Shown: positions 21,382-32,255, counted from the stretch's first letter. The stretch is 64,000 nt of DNA from Pseudothermotoga sp. (GCA_031962025.1 JAVRKW010000001.1), one strand, 5' to 3'. The notes: generated by a model not told the origin, from the letters alone. Program-made: numbers and translations.

Positions 21382-22017
21382 CTATAGCATGTTGGCGATC
21401 TCTTCTCTTGCTTCTTTAACCAGCTGAACGAACTTTTTGGCTTTTTCAACAATCTGGTCTCTGGTACCCTTTGTTAACCCGCCACCGATTCCAACTGCTA
21501 CAGCTCCAGCTTTGATCCACTCTTTGACATTTTCAAGCTCAACACCACCAGTTGGTATGATCTTAGCCTGCGAAAGCGGTCCGTGAATTGCCTTTATGTA
21601 GGACGGTCCAACCGCTGAAGCGGGGAAAAGTTTAATGAGTGGAACTCCCAGCTCAAGAGCTCTGACGATCTCAGTTGGCGTCAGAACCCCGGGTATGTAC
21701 GGTATTCTGTGTTTGTTGCACAACAGAGCTGTTTCTTCGGATAGATTTGGAGCTACTATGTACTTTGCACCGGCTTCGATGGCTATTTTCGCTGTATATG
21801 GGTCCAGTACCGTCCCGGCTCCAAGTAAGATCTGGTCTTTCATCTCTCTGTCTATTTGCTGGATCACTTCCACCGCGTGTGGTACGCTGAAAGTTACCTC
21901 AATTGCAACGATCCCACCTTCTTTGCAGGCTCTGCAGATTTCCACAGCTTTTGAGGGAGAATCCACCCTGATCACAGCTACAATACCATTTTCAATGATT
22001 TCCTCAACAACTTTCAT
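21382..22017 (-). CDS. eda: KDPG/KHG aldolase
   Basis: IEVTF, GAGTVL, TPTEI, KLFPA, PTGGV. Confidence 0.92.
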   Translation of the reverse strand: MKVVEEIIENGIVAVIRVDSPSKAVEICRACKEGGIVAIEVTFSVPHAVEVIQQIDREMKDQILLGAGTVLDPYTAKIAIEAGAKYIVAPNLSEETALLCNKHRIPYIPGVLTPTEIVRALELGVPLIKLFPASAVGPSYIKAIHGPLSQAKIIPTGGVELENVKEWIKAGAVAVGIGGGLTKGTRDQIVEKAKKFVQLVKEAREEIANML

Positions 22018-22043
22018 TTTTCCCCTCCTTTCTTAACAAATTC

Positions 22044-22072
22044 ATTATACCTCGCTATTTAATATTGAGCAA
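22044..22072 (-). promoter_or_regulatory. Sigma-70-type promoter of eda
   Basis: TTGCTC-17 bp-TATAAT on the minus strand. Confidence 0.65.
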
Positions 22073-22172
22073 ATACATTTCCTATAGAGAAAAATAAACG
22101 ATCAATCACTGGTTAACATTATGGGCAGAGCATCTGTTAACAAATTGTACATTCGCCGTTCTTTGTTTTTCG

Positions 22173-22201
22173 TTGCGAGTTTGAACGTTGTATTCTATAA
22201 T
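22173..22201 (+). promoter_or_regulatory. Sigma-70-type promoter of the murD operon
   Basis: TTGCGA-17 bp-TATAAT. Confidence 0.65.
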
Positions 22202-22224
22202 CAGTTTTGCGGGAGGAAAATCCA

Positions 22225-23514
22225 TTGCGATACGCCTTGGTTGGTTATGGTGTTGGAAACAGGGCATTGTGTAGTAAGCTGGTGAAGATGGGACATGAAG
22301 TTTTTGTAAGTGAAATAAAGATTTTGAGTGAGGATGAAAGATCACAGCTGATCGGCATGAACGTTCAGTTTGAAGAAGGAAAGAATACAGAAAAGATATG
22401 TCAGGCTGATGTGGTTGTAGTTAGCCCGTCGGTGAAATATGATCATCCGATTATCTCAAATTGTTCTGAAAAAGTCGTGACAGATATCGATGTGATTCTC
22501 AACATCAAAAAACCGCGTGTTGTCATTGCTGTTACTGGTTCAAATGGCAAGACAACAACTTGCAATATGATCTTCCATGTTTTGAACTCTACCGGTAAGA
22601 GTTGTTATATGTGCGGCAATGTTGGAGAACCCGTCGCTAATCTGCTCGACATCGATCCAGAGTATGTTGTACTGGAGATCAGTAGTTTTCAACTTTACTG
22701 GTCTAAAAGACTTCCCATAGATATTGGTGTTTTATTGAACATACAGCCAAATCATTTGGACTGGCATCCAACATTTCAGCACTACATCCAGTCAAAACTG
22801 AAGATCTTTGATTTTGCCAATCTCAAGATATTCAATGGTTCAGACAAAACGATTAAAGACAGCGTGAAGGTAGATTCGACTTACCATGCCTTTGAGCCCC
22901 TGGTTGTTGATAAATCTTCAATGCAAATCATTTACAATCAAAACAAATATCATGTGAGCAACCAGCTTCTTTTGACCCGTCAGAATCTTGAAAATTTATC
23001 GGCTGTTCTGAAGATCTTTTCGCTACTCGATTATGAACCTGGCGATGTCTTAAAGGCGCTTGAAAGTTTCAGACTCCCAAGGCACAGGATGGAACTGGTG
23101 GCGAAGATCAGAGGCGTCAGTTTCATAGATGATTCAAAGGCAACAAGTGCCGCCGCGACGATCTCGGCTCTTGAGAATTTCACAGAAAAGAACGTCATTT
23201 TGATCCTCTCTGGAAAAAGCAAAAACGAAGATTACACACCTTTAGTTGAACAAATGAAGAGCAAGGTGAGACATGTCTATGTTTTTGGAGAGCTTGCATC
23301 ATTGATCAAAGATATATTGCATAAAGAGGGTTTTCCTTTCACCGTTGTTGAAAACATGAAGCAAGCTGTCTATAGTGCTTTTGAGATGGCTAATGAAGGT
23401 GATGTTGTTCTTTTGAGTCCAGCCGGATCGAGTTTCGATATGTACAGAAATTACTCTGAACGCGGTGATGATTTTGTCCGTGTGGTAAAATCATTGATGG
23501 GGGATGAAGGATAG
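22225..23514 (+). CDS. murD: UDP-MurNAc-L-Ala:D-Glu ligase
   Basis: VTGSNGKTTT, LEISSFQL, HLDWH, DDSKAT, LLSPAGSSFD; TTG start behind GGGAGG. Confidence 0.94.
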   Translation: MRYALVGYGVGNRALCSKLVKMGHEVFVSEIKILSEDERSQLIGMNVQFEEGKNTEKICQADVVVVSPSVKYDHPIISNCSEKVVTDIDVILNIKKPRVVIAVTGSNGKTTTCNMIFHVLNSTGKSCYMCGNVGEPVANLLDIDPEYVVLEISSFQLYWSKRLPIDIGVLLNIQPNHLDWHPTFQHYIQSKLKIFDFANLKIFNGSDKTIKDSVKVDSTYHAFEPLVVDKSSMQIIYNQNKYHVSNQLLLTRQNLENLSAVLKIFSLLDYEPGDVLKALESFRLPRHRMELVAKIRGVSFIDDSKATSAAATISALENFTEKNVILILSGKSKNEDYTPLVEQMKSKVRHVYVFGELASLIKDILHKEGFPFTVVENMKQAVYSAFEMANEGDVVLLSPAGSSFDMYRNYSERGDDFVRVVKSLMGDEG

Positions 23515-24594
23515 TTGTCAAATGCTGTGCCAGTTCTTCTTATAGTGTCGATTTTGATATCCATCGGTCTCATATTGATTGCAAGCTTTGATATAGCTTC
23601 ACAGATGAATGTCTTTGGTAATGTTTCCAGAAATCTGCTGTATTCCCATGTCATTAAATTGATAATTGGCGTATTTTTGATGGCACTGACAATGGTGATA
23701 GATTATAAATTTCACATAAAGCTTTCTCAATTCTACTATTTTCTGACAGTAGGTCTTTTGCTAATGCCTTTTTTCCTGCCAGAGGTGAATGGATCAAATA
23801 GATGGATTCAGTTCGCTGGTTTTACCTTTCAGCCATCCGAATTTGCCAAAATCACCCTGATAATATCTGTATCTGTTTACATTTCACACAATAAAGACCA
23901 CATGAAAGAATTCTACAGGGGATTTTTAAAACCCGTTCTTTTGAGTTTACCTCTTCTTGCTCTGGTTTTGGCTGAACCAGATTTGAGTACATCGCTTGTA
24001 ATGTTATTTTTGGTGCTTTTGATGCTTTATTCACACGGAACACGTGGTGTTTATATTTTTATGACAGTGTGTATGCTCCTTATCGTGTTTTACCTTGCTC
24101 TGAAAACGGGCTTTTTTTTGAAAGATTATCAGCTCTGGAGATTGAGGACATTTCTTGAGGGCAATTATTCTGAACAGGTTTCTAAAGCCATACAGGCACT
24201 TAGAGAAGGCGGTCTGGCAGGTAAGGGTATTGGTCTAGGTGAGGTAAAACTCTCAGTTCCGGCTATTGTGTCCGATTTTATCTTGGCAGCGGCAGGTGAA
24301 GAATTTGGTATGATTGGCATAATTGCGATAACCGCTTTGTTTTTTGTGCTTGTTTCGATTTTACTGAAGCTCGCTGAAAGGTTGCAGGATGCATTTGCTA
24401 CGTCCTATATCAGCGGATTTTCATTTTTGATCATCCTTCAGGTACTGGTCAACCTCGGGGTTGTGACTGGGAGTTTACCAGTGACCGGTGTGACATTGCC
24501 ATTTCTCAGCTATGGAGGTAGCTCGATCATCACGATGTTAGGTGGTCTTGGTGTAATAATAAACATCGTAACTCGTGGAAGTGATGAAAATTGA
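23515..24594 (+). CDS. ftsW: SEDS-family protein FtsW
   Basis: RWI, QPSEFAK, EPDLS, GVTLPFLSYGGSS; between murD and murG. Confidence 0.9.
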   Translation: MSNAVPVLLIVSILISIGLILIASFDIASQMNVFGNVSRNLLYSHVIKLIIGVFLMALTMVIDYKFHIKLSQFYYFLTVGLLLMPFFLPEVNGSNRWIQFAGFTFQPSEFAKITLIISVSVYISHNKDHMKEFYRGFLKPVLLSLPLLALVLAEPDLSTSLVMLFLVLLMLYSHGTRGVYIFMTVCMLLIVFYLALKTGFFLKDYQLWRLRTFLEGNYSEQVSKAIQALREGGLAGKGIGLGEVKLSVPAIVSDFILAAAGEEFGMIGIIAITALFFVLVSILLKLAERLQDAFATSYISGFSFLIILQVLVNLGVVTGSLPVTGVTLPFLSYGGSSIITMLGGLGVIINIVTRGSDEN

Positions 24595-25610
24595 AAGTAG
24601 CAGCGGCAGGAGGAGGAACAGGTGGTCACTTGTATCCAGCACTTGCCGTTCTTGAAAGTCTTGCAAAAGTAGAAAAAATCGATGTGACCTACTTCTGTTT
24701 GAGAAGGGGACTTGAGAGCAGAATCATTCCACAGGAACATCCAGAATACAGAACGGTGACTGTTGATCTGATGGGTTTAAAAAGGCCGGTGTTTCATCCG
24801 GTGAATTTCACAAGACTATTGAAAATATTTCAAAATGAGAGTATTATAGCTTTGGAAATAGAAGGTTGTGATTTTGGTTTTGTGACAGGAGGGTATGTTT
24901 CATACCCAGTGGCAAGGGCATGTGCCAGGAAAAAAATACCTGTTTTTGTTCAGGAACAGAATGTAATACCAGGACTTGCAAATAAATTTTTGAGCTTGAA
25001 AGCAGACAGGATTTTCGTTGCATTTGAAGAAAGTATAGAGCACTTTCCAAGGTCTGTTCGCAAAAAGATCGTGGTTAGCGGGAACCCAATAAGAGTGAGA
25101 GAATGCGCTGAAAAAAAGTTTGGTGAAGACTACGTACTGGTGCTTGGTGGCAGTAGGGGAAGTGAATTCATAAACAGCCTGATGGAGCAAATTTACAAAG
25201 TAGAAAAACAGATGAAGTTTGTTCACAGTACAGGAGACAGCAACTGGACTCGCAGACTCAGTGCTTATCCAAATGTTCAGGCTTTCGATTACATACACGA
25301 CATGGCTTGTGCGTGGAAAGGAGCAAAGGCTGTTGTGAGCAGAGCTGGTGCCATTGCCGTAAGTGAGATGCTCTATTATGGTGTTCCGGGTTTGTTGATA
25401 CCGTGGGAGGGCTCGGCGGGAAACCATCAGCTTTTCAATGCCATACATGTTGAGAAACTCGGCAGGGGAATAGTGGCAAGAGAAAAAGATCTCACGCCTG
25501 AACTTTTGAAGGAAAAACTTTCTTGTGTTATTTCACTTGGAAAGAAAGTAGATCAAAAAGAAAATCCGGCAGAGCTGATTGCTAAAATTATTCTGGAGGA
25601 ATTGAAATGA
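24591..25610 (+). CDS. murG: Undecaprenyl-PP-MurNAc-pentapeptide GlcNAc transferase
   Basis: GGGTGGH, EQNVIPGLAN, GNPIR, GGSRG, SRAGA. Confidence 0.95.
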   Translation: MKVAAAGGGTGGHLYPALAVLESLAKVEKIDVTYFCLRRGLESRIIPQEHPEYRTVTVDLMGLKRPVFHPVNFTRLLKIFQNESIIALEIEGCDFGFVTGGYVSYPVARACARKKIPVFVQEQNVIPGLANKFLSLKADRIFVAFEESIEHFPRSVRKKIVVSGNPIRVRECAEKKFGEDYVLVLGGSRGSEFINSLMEQIYKVEKQMKFVHSTGDSNWTRRLSAYPNVQAFDYIHDMACAWKGAKAVVSRAGAIAVSEMLYYGVPGLLIPWEGSAGNHQLFNAIHVEKLGRGIVAREKDLTPELLKEKLSCVISLGKKVDQKENPAELIAKIILEELK

Positions 25611-26944
25611 GAATCCATTTTGTTGGAATTGGTGGCATTGGTATGAGTTCCTTGGCATTGCACTGTAAAATCAACGGAGACGATGTATACGGTTCCGATA
25701 TATGCGACAACGAGCAAACGGAGATTTTAAGAAAGGTTGGAATAAGGGTCTTTGTAGGGCATGATTACAACAACTGGCTAAACCCGGACCTTGTGGTTCA
25801 CACACCTGCAGTTCATTTTGATAATCCCGAAATAATCCGGGCAAAAAAAGAAGGCGTCAAAGTCGTCAGTAGGTCGGAATTTTTAAGGCAGATCCTCGAC
25901 GGAGCAACGCAGTTCGCCGTAACCGGTTCAGATGGTAAAACCACCACGACTGCCATGGTCGCACACTGTCTTAAAACTTTTGGTGAGGACCCGACAGTTT
26001 TCCTTGGTGGTGTGCACAGATCCTTGGAGTTTGGTAACTATCGTTCAGGAAAAGGTCCTGTCGTATATGAACTGGATGAAAGTCAACCAGAATTTGCGAG
26101 TTTTTGCCCCGATTATTTGATCATTACAAATGCGCGTGGAGACCATCTTGAGAATTACAATAACGATGAGAACTTTTACAGATCATGCTTTGAAGAACTC
26201 GCAAATAAGACAAGAAAAGTAGTTGTAACTTTCATAGATGACAAAAATACATCCCATCTTGGCACCTATACCTTTGGAAGATCTTCTGGTACGTGCAGAT
26301 TGTTGAATAGAGTTGTGAAAGATCTCTATCAGACGGCTACAATCGAGCTCGATGGAAAACAGTATCAGATGATCTTGAGATTACCAGGTGAACACAATGT
26401 TTTGAATGCAATGGCTGTGGTAACACTCTTCTGGGCGGCAGGATATGACCCGAATATGGTACTGGAAGCCTTAAAAGGATTTGTCGGTACTCGCAGGCGT
26501 TTTGATATAACAATTTTGGATGAAAGACAGAAAACTTATGTTGTTGATGATTACGCCCATACACCAGACGAAATAAGATCACTCATTAATGCGGCTCAAG
26601 AGATTTTCCCAGAACAGAGAAAGGTTGTCATTTTCCAGCCTCACAGATATAGTAGGTTACTGAGAGAAGATGGTAATTTTGCCAGAGCCCTAAAGGATGC
26701 CGATGAAATTTACGTTACAGAGGTCTACAGTGCTTTTGAAAAAGCCATTCCACAGCTCTCGGCTAAGGTGATAGTTGAAGGCTTGGAAAGTTACGGTAAA
26801 AAAGCACAGTACTTCCCAAGGCTTGAAGATCTGTTGAACGCTTTCCAGCCTCAGAAAAATACAGTGTATTTCTTTGTTGGAGCTGGTGATATTATAAAAG
26901 TCTCTCAGAAGTTTGTTGAAAACTATAAAAAAGCTGACCATTAG
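25607..26944 (+). CDS. murC: UDP-MurNAc:L-Ala ligase
   Basis: GIGGIGMS, GSDGKTTTT, DDYAHTP, FQPHRYSR. Confidence 0.95.
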   Translation: MRIHFVGIGGIGMSSLALHCKINGDDVYGSDICDNEQTEILRKVGIRVFVGHDYNNWLNPDLVVHTPAVHFDNPEIIRAKKEGVKVVSRSEFLRQILDGATQFAVTGSDGKTTTTAMVAHCLKTFGEDPTVFLGGVHRSLEFGNYRSGKGPVVYELDESQPEFASFCPDYLIITNARGDHLENYNNDENFYRSCFEELANKTRKVVVTFIDDKNTSHLGTYTFGRSSGTCRLLNRVVKDLYQTATIELDGKQYQMILRLPGEHNVLNAMAVVTLFWAAGYDPNMVLEALKGFVGTRRRFDITILDERQKTYVVDDYAHTPDEIRSLINAAQEIFPEQRKVVIFQPHRYSRLLREDGNFARALKDADEIYVTEVYSAFEKAIPQLSAKVIVEGLESYGKKAQYFPRLEDLLNAFQPQKNTVYFFVGAGDIIKVSQKFVENYKKADH

Positions 26945-26956
26945 GTCAGCTTTTTT
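26927..26956. terminator. Bidirectional intrinsic terminator between murC and the convergent opp operon
   Basis: Perfect inverted repeat AAAAAAGCTGACC-atta-GGTCAGCTTTTTT. Confidence 0.88.
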
Positions 26957-28475
26957 ATCCAAGTGATCTTGGGTCTAAAGCGTCTCTCAGTGCATCTCCC
27001 ACAAAGTTAAAGGATATCACCGTTATGAATATGAATATTCCAGGTATCAGAAGCCAGGGAGCTTTTGTCATGATGTAGACATCCTGAGCCTGTGCAAGCA
27101 TCAGTCCCCATGATGCATAGGGTTCTCTTATACCAAGCCCAAGAAAACTCAGTCCAGCTTCTCCAAGGATATAACCAGGTATTCTCAAAGTTGCATTCAC
27201 GATCAAATAAGTTGCCGTATTTGGAAGAACATGTCTTGCCAGAACTTTACTGTTTGGCAGACCTATGGCTATAGCGGCTTCAACGAATTCTCTTTGTCTT
27301 ATTGAGAGAACCATACCTCTGATAACACGGGAAGTGCCAGCCCAGCCTATGAAAGACAGGATGAATACCAGAAGTATGTATATCTGGGTTGATGGTAAAT
27401 CCAGTGGAAGCATGGCACGAAGCATGATCATCAGATAGAATCCGGGTATGGACATGATTATTTCAGCAAATCTCATCAATCCTTCGTCGATTAATCCACC
27501 ATAATATCCAGAGATGCCACCAAATAACAGTGCAAAGGCAAATGTGATGATCATCCCGATGATTCCAATGGACAGAGAAATCCTCGATGCAAAAACTATT
27601 CTGGACCACACATCTCTACCATACAGGTCTGATCCCATAATAAAGAGCTTGACATACTGGTTGTTATCGTAGTTGTCCACACCAAACAGATGAACATTCA
27701 TCGGAAAGATCCAAAGTAATTTTCCAGTCCAGCTTTTCACGAACCACTTAACCGGGTAAGTTTTATAATCATAATCAATGACTTTTGCTTTGATCATTTC
27801 AAATTTTCCATCCTTTTTCACAACTATTGTATCGAGTGTTTCGCTGACAGCTACAGCTTCTATTTGATATTCACTTGTAAGACCGTATTTTGATGAATAG
27901 CTCTTGAAGTACATTTCCTGAGCCACAGCAGAGGTGGTCTCCACTCTACTCGATCCTTTTGAAAGTGTTTCCTCGTTATACCCGAAAAGGAAATAATCTG
28001 TTGTCCTTGGGGATTTTTTGACATCATACCATTGACCGTCTATCTTTATACTTTCCACAGAATTGACAGAAAATTTAAAGCTCTCCACGCCATCTTTGCC
28101 AAGTTCGTAGGTAACAACAGAACCATCTGGTTTTTCCAGCACGAGCCTATTTGGGAAAAGCATCTCTTTGTATGTTCTTTCGTATGTTACCTTATCGACG
28201 TACGATATCATCGGCAGAATATATGGTCCGGTTTTGGTGTTTTTGTATGTTCTGTGTATTTTTGTTGGAGGAGCATAGGTGTGTTTCAGTGATTGCTCAA
28301 TGGGGTTATACGGTGAAAAAAAATCTGCAAAAATAGCCAGGATGTAAAGCGCAATTAAAATACATAGCGCGATTACACCTGGTCTGTGCTTCAAAAATGC
28401 TCTCCAGATCAACTGACCTCTTGTTAAATACTTCTCTTCGAACTCTATCTTTTGATTGTTCTTTGCTTCGGCCAT
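26955..28475 (-). CDS. oppC: Opp/Dpp ABC permease (OppC-type) with a large extracytoplasmic insertion
   Basis: GSDLYGRD, EFVEAAIAIG, EAGLSFLGLG, GDALRDALDPR; 506 aa. Confidence 0.88.
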   Translation of the reverse strand: MAEAKNNQKIEFEEKYLTRGQLIWRAFLKHRPGVIALCILIALYILAIFADFFSPYNPIEQSLKHTYAPPTKIHRTYKNTKTGPYILPMISYVDKVTYERTYKEMLFPNRLVLEKPDGSVVTYELGKDGVESFKFSVNSVESIKIDGQWYDVKKSPRTTDYFLFGYNEETLSKGSSRVETTSAVAQEMYFKSYSSKYGLTSEYQIEAVAVSETLDTIVVKKDGKFEMIKAKVIDYDYKTYPVKWFVKSWTGKLLWIFPMNVHLFGVDNYDNNQYVKLFIMGSDLYGRDVWSRIVFASRISLSIGIIGMIITFAFALLFGGISGYYGGLIDEGLMRFAEIIMSIPGFYLMIMLRAMLPLDLPSTQIYILLVFILSFIGWAGTSRVIRGMVLSIRQREFVEAAIAIGLPNSKVLARHVLPNTATYLIVNATLRIPGYILGEAGLSFLGLGIREPYASWGLMLAQAQDVYIMTKAPWLLIPGIFIFITVISFNFVGDALRDALDPRSLG

Positions 28476-28490
28476 CTCAAAGACCTCCTG

Positions 28491-29456
28491 TTAACTGAGT
28501 CTGACCCTTGGATCAACCAGTGCAAGCAGAATATCAGCCACCAGATTACCTATGACCAGAAGAATTGCACTGATTAATCCACTTGCCATGACTATATACA
28601 TATCCTGTTGAATCAGGGCTTGATATACGAGTCTTCCCATTCCAGGCCAACCAAAGACATTTTCAACAAAAAGGGCACCTCCAAGAAGACCAGATATGCT
28701 AAAGCCAAGAAAGGTTATCATTGGGTTTATAGCGTTCCTCATGGCATGTTTAAAAATGACAACTCTTTCCGGCATACCCTTAGCCCTTGCAAAAACAACG
28801 TAATCTTCGTTCAAAACATCCAGTAAGGAACCCCTCATGTATCTCATCAAACCAGCAAAAGAACCCAGGCTCAAAGCCGTGGCTGGTAGAATCAGGTGCC
28901 AGAGAATATCTTTGAACCTCGCCCAGGTGGTCAGAGAAGAATAATACACGGATTTCATCCCGGAAATTGGGAACCAGCCGGTTTTTGCTGCGAAATACAG
29001 CAAAACCAAACCCAAGAAGAATTCCGGAATGGCGACAAACCCAAAAGCAAGAAAAGTCATGATCTTATCACCAATTGAATACTTTTTCAATGCGGTGAAA
29101 ACACCAAGTGCGATTCCAAGGATCCAGGAACTTGCCAGTGAAATGAGTGAAAGAATCAGCGTTGCAGCAACTCTTTCCCAGATCAATGTTGAAACGGGTC
29201 TTCTGTAATAAAAAGAATACCCTAAGTTACCCTTCAAAACATTTTTCAACCAGGTCAAATACTGAACGATCGCGGGCTTGTTCAATCCGAATTCTTCTTC
29301 CATTGCTTTGAGTCTTTGAGGAGAGACAGATGGATCAAGTCTGTATTGATCGAGAAAATCTCCTGGAGCAGCATACATGATCAAAAAAATCATCAAAGAT
29401 ATTACCAAAAGTTCCGGCAAAGCTATGACAAGTCTTCTACCAATGTACTTGAGCAA
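28491..29456 (-). CDS. oppB: Opp/Dpp ABC permease (OppB-type)
   Basis: EDYVVFARAKG, FGWPGMG, VDPRVR. Confidence 0.9.
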   Translation of the reverse strand: MLKYIGRRLVIALPELLVISLMIFLIMYAAPGDFLDQYRLDPSVSPQRLKAMEEEFGLNKPAIVQYLTWLKNVLKGNLGYSFYYRRPVSTLIWERVAATLILSLISLASSWILGIALGVFTALKKYSIGDKIMTFLAFGFVAIPEFFLGLVLLYFAAKTGWFPISGMKSVYYSSLTTWARFKDILWHLILPATALSLGSFAGLMRYMRGSLLDVLNEDYVVFARAKGMPERVVIFKHAMRNAINPMITFLGFSISGLLGGALFVENVFGWPGMGRLVYQALIQQDMYIVMASGLISAILLVIGNLVADILLALVDPRVRLS

Positions 29457-29475
29457 AACTCATCACCTCAAAATC

Positions 29476-29499
29476 CAAAGGGGGCAAGTGCCCCCTTTG
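29476..29499 (-). terminator. Stem-loop after the substrate-binding protein gene (mRNA stabiliser or partial terminator)
   Basis: CAAAGGGGGCA-ag-TGCCCCCTTTG inverted repeat. Confidence 0.7.
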
Positions 29500-29505
29500 C
29501 CGTTA

Positions 29506-31260
29506 TTATTTTTTCCAGATCCAATCTATATTCCAGAGCATACCACCGAAAGCAGTTGGTTCTAAGTTCTGCAGTTTGTTTACGTAGGCGTACAGGTATT
29601 TTTGCTGTATTGTGTAGATCAAAGGCAGGTGTTCAGAAACCAGTTCTTGGTATCTTGAGAACATCTGGTACACTTTCTTCTGATCGAGTACTCTGACGTT
29701 TTCTCTGAAGATCTTGTCTATTTCTACTTCCCAGTCAGGTGCCTCGTAAATATCTGGGCTCACAAAGCTCTTCACCTTTGGACTGTAATTCCAGAAGTGC
29801 AGAGCACCATCCAGCTTCCAGACGTTAGCGCCACCCTGTGGTTCATCAGAACCGGTCAAACCAATGACTATGGCTTCCCAGTCACCGGTTGAAGTCATCT
29901 TTTGAACCAGCGTGTTGAAATCTATTGGTGTGAAAACAACCTTGATACCGAGTTTTGCAAGTTCATCTCTGAGTATGTTGCAGATTCCTTCACGCTGGGT
30001 GTTTCCTGCGTTGGTCATGAGTATGAACTCGACTTTGTTACCATCTTCATCGATACAGTTGCCATCTTTATCCCAACTGAATCCACCCATTTGAAGCATC
30101 ATGCGTGCATAATCAAGGTCATATGGGTACTTTCTCAGAGCATCATCGTTGTAGAAAGCAGCTGCAGCAGCGCTTATTGGTCCCCACTGTGCATCACCAA
30201 GACCAGCCAGCAGTGTATCGATCATTGCATCTTTGTCCATTGAATAGGCTATAGCTTTTCTGAAGAATTCATTTCTGAACCATTTTCTCTTAACTGGATC
30301 CGGGCAGTTGAAATTCAAAGTTACAAATGTGGTACCAAAGGTTGGTCCACCTGTTCCAACAATCCAGCCTTTTTCTTTTGCTTTGTTCTTGATATCTGGA
30401 TAGAACTGGGCTGTTACACCATAAACATCGATCTCACCATTTTCAAAAGCCAGTCTTATTGCGTTCAGATCTGGTATGATCTTCAGAACATATTCATCAA
30501 GATATGGAAGTTGCTGACCATTTGCATCCTTCTTGTAGTAATACGGGTTTCTGACCATTCTCACAAATTGATCTGGCACGTACTCAACTGGAATAAATGG
30601 TCCAAGACCAACGAGCTCTTTTTTGTTTATGGAATCAACTGTCCACATTTCTTTGAACTTACCCTCTTTTACCCACGGTTCTGCAACGTGCTTTGGAAGG
30701 ATTTGAATACCAGCTGCATATCTGACTGCAAGCCTGTATGGTTCCTGGTAAATGACTCTGACAGTGTAATCATCAACTTTTTCAGCTACAGGAAGTCTTC
30801 CCTGAGAGTCTTCAAGCAAATTAGCCATATCGTTTGGTATATCCGGGTTGCAGTAAATGTCATTCAAACTGAAGACATAGTCATCTGCTGTAAACGGTGC
30901 CCCATCAGACCATTTGATACCTTTTCTGATTTTGAGAGTGATGATCATTTTCTGATCATCTGTCACTTCTACTTCGCATCTTTCTGCAAGTGCAGGGTGC
31001 ATTCTTGCGTAATTGTCCAGCTCAATCAAACCGATCAGAAAAACGTTAATAACAGCAGTGGAGCTTGTTTCCTGTGCAACAACCGGGTTCATCGTCTTCG
31101 GGCCACTACCAAGTTGTGGAGCGATCAAAGTTCCGCCCATTTTACCAGTGGAATTTGCTCCCAGGTACGGTGTCTTTTCGTCAAAGTAGACGTATTTCTC
31201 GGCTGCAAAACTGAGGACAACTAATGCCAGCACCAATGCCACTAAAAAGACCTTCCTCAT
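29506..31260 (-). CDS. oppA: Family-5 ABC substrate-binding protein (OppA/DppA-like)
   Basis: Signal peptide; PALAE, KWSDGAPFTADD, GLGPF, RNPYY. Confidence 0.9.
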   Translation of the reverse strand: MRKVFLVALVLALVVLSFAAEKYVYFDEKTPYLGANSTGKMGGTLIAPQLGSGPKTMNPVVAQETSSTAVINVFLIGLIELDNYARMHPALAERCEVEVTDDQKMIITLKIRKGIKWSDGAPFTADDYVFSLNDIYCNPDIPNDMANLLEDSQGRLPVAEKVDDYTVRVIYQEPYRLAVRYAAGIQILPKHVAEPWVKEGKFKEMWTVDSINKKELVGLGPFIPVEYVPDQFVRMVRNPYYYKKDANGQQLPYLDEYVLKIIPDLNAIRLAFENGEIDVYGVTAQFYPDIKNKAKEKGWIVGTGGPTFGTTFVTLNFNCPDPVKRKWFRNEFFRKAIAYSMDKDAMIDTLLAGLGDAQWGPISAAAAAFYNDDALRKYPYDLDYARMMLQMGGFSWDKDGNCIDEDGNKVEFILMTNAGNTQREGICNILRDELAKLGIKVVFTPIDFNTLVQKMTSTGDWEAIVIGLTGSDEPQGGANVWKLDGALHFWNYSPKVKSFVSPDIYEAPDWEVEIDKIFRENVRVLDQKKVYQMFSRYQELVSEHLPLIYTIQQKYLYAYVNKLQNLEPTAFGGMLWNIDWIWKK

Positions 31261-31273
31261 GCTTATACACCCC

Positions 31274-32254
31274 CTATTTCACCAGGTGGCATGCCACCCA
31301 GCGGTTTTGTGATATCTTTCGAAATTCAGGATATTCTTTTTCACATATCTGCATTTTATAAGGACACCTTGGACTGAAGAAACAACCACTTGGTCTTGAG
31401 ATGGGACTCGGTACGCCACCTTTTAGTATGATCCTTTGTCTTGATCGTTCTACTTTTGGATCGGGAATTGGTGTAGCTGAGAGCAGCGCTCTACTGTAAG
31501 GATGAAGTGGTTCCTCAAAAACTTCATCTGTTTCACCAAGCTCTACAATCTTACCCAGATACATTATACCAACTCTGTGGCTGATGAATCTGACAAGACC
31601 CAGGTTGTGCGAGATGAAAAGATAACTGAATTTGAATCTGTCTTGAAAATCGAGAAATAGATTTATTATCTGAGCTTGCACCGATACATCCAAGGATGAA
31701 GTTGGCTCATCAAGAATAAGAAACTCTGGCTCTATGGCAATAGCTCTAGCTATAGCTATTCTCTGCCTTTGACCTCCACTGAACTGGTGGGGATATCTGT
31801 CTAAGTGGAAAGTCTTCAATCCGACCATTTCCATGAGACCTTTTGCCTTTTCATACGCTTCCTGCTTTGTGCTCACAACTTTGTGAAAAATCATGGGTTC
31901 GGTGACGATCTGACCAACTGTCATCCTGGGGTTAAGTGAGCTCATTGGATCCTGAAAGACAATTTGCATCTTTCTTCTGAATGGGAGCAGTTCTTTGTAC
32001 CCGAACTTTGAAATGTCTGTGTTTTCAAAGAATATCTGCCCATCAGTTGGATCTGTGAGTCTTAAAATAGTTCGCGCCACAGTCGTTTTGCCACATCCAG
32101 ATTCACCGACAAGAGCAAAAGTTTTACCTTTTTCTATTTCAAAACTCACATCGTCCACGGCTTTGATTTCTGCAACAGTACGCTTTATCAAAAATCCTTG
32201 TTTGACTGGAAAGTATTTCTTAAGATTTTTTACCTTAAGCAGAATCTCGTCCAC
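31274..32254 (-). CDS. oppF: Opp/Dpp ABC ATPase (OppF-type)
   Basis: [17 protein letters not shown]-terminal Cys motif; GTG start 32254. Confidence 0.9.
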   Translation of the reverse strand: MDEILLKVKNLKKYFPVKQGFLIKRTVAEIKAVDDVSFEIEKGKTFALVGESGCGKTTVARTILRLTDPTDGQIFFENTDISKFGYKELLPFRRKMQIVFQDPMSSLNPRMTVGQIVTEPMIFHKVVSTKQEAYEKAKGLMEMVGLKTFHLDRYPHQFSGGQRQRIAIARAIAIEPEFLILDEPTSSLDVSVQAQIINLFLDFQDRFKFSYLFISHNLGLVRFISHRVGIMYLGKIVELGETDEVFEEPLHPYSRALLSATPIPDPKVERSRQRIILKGGVPSPISRPSGCFFSPRCPYKMQICEKEYPEFRKISQNRWVACHLVK

Positions 32255-32255
32255 T

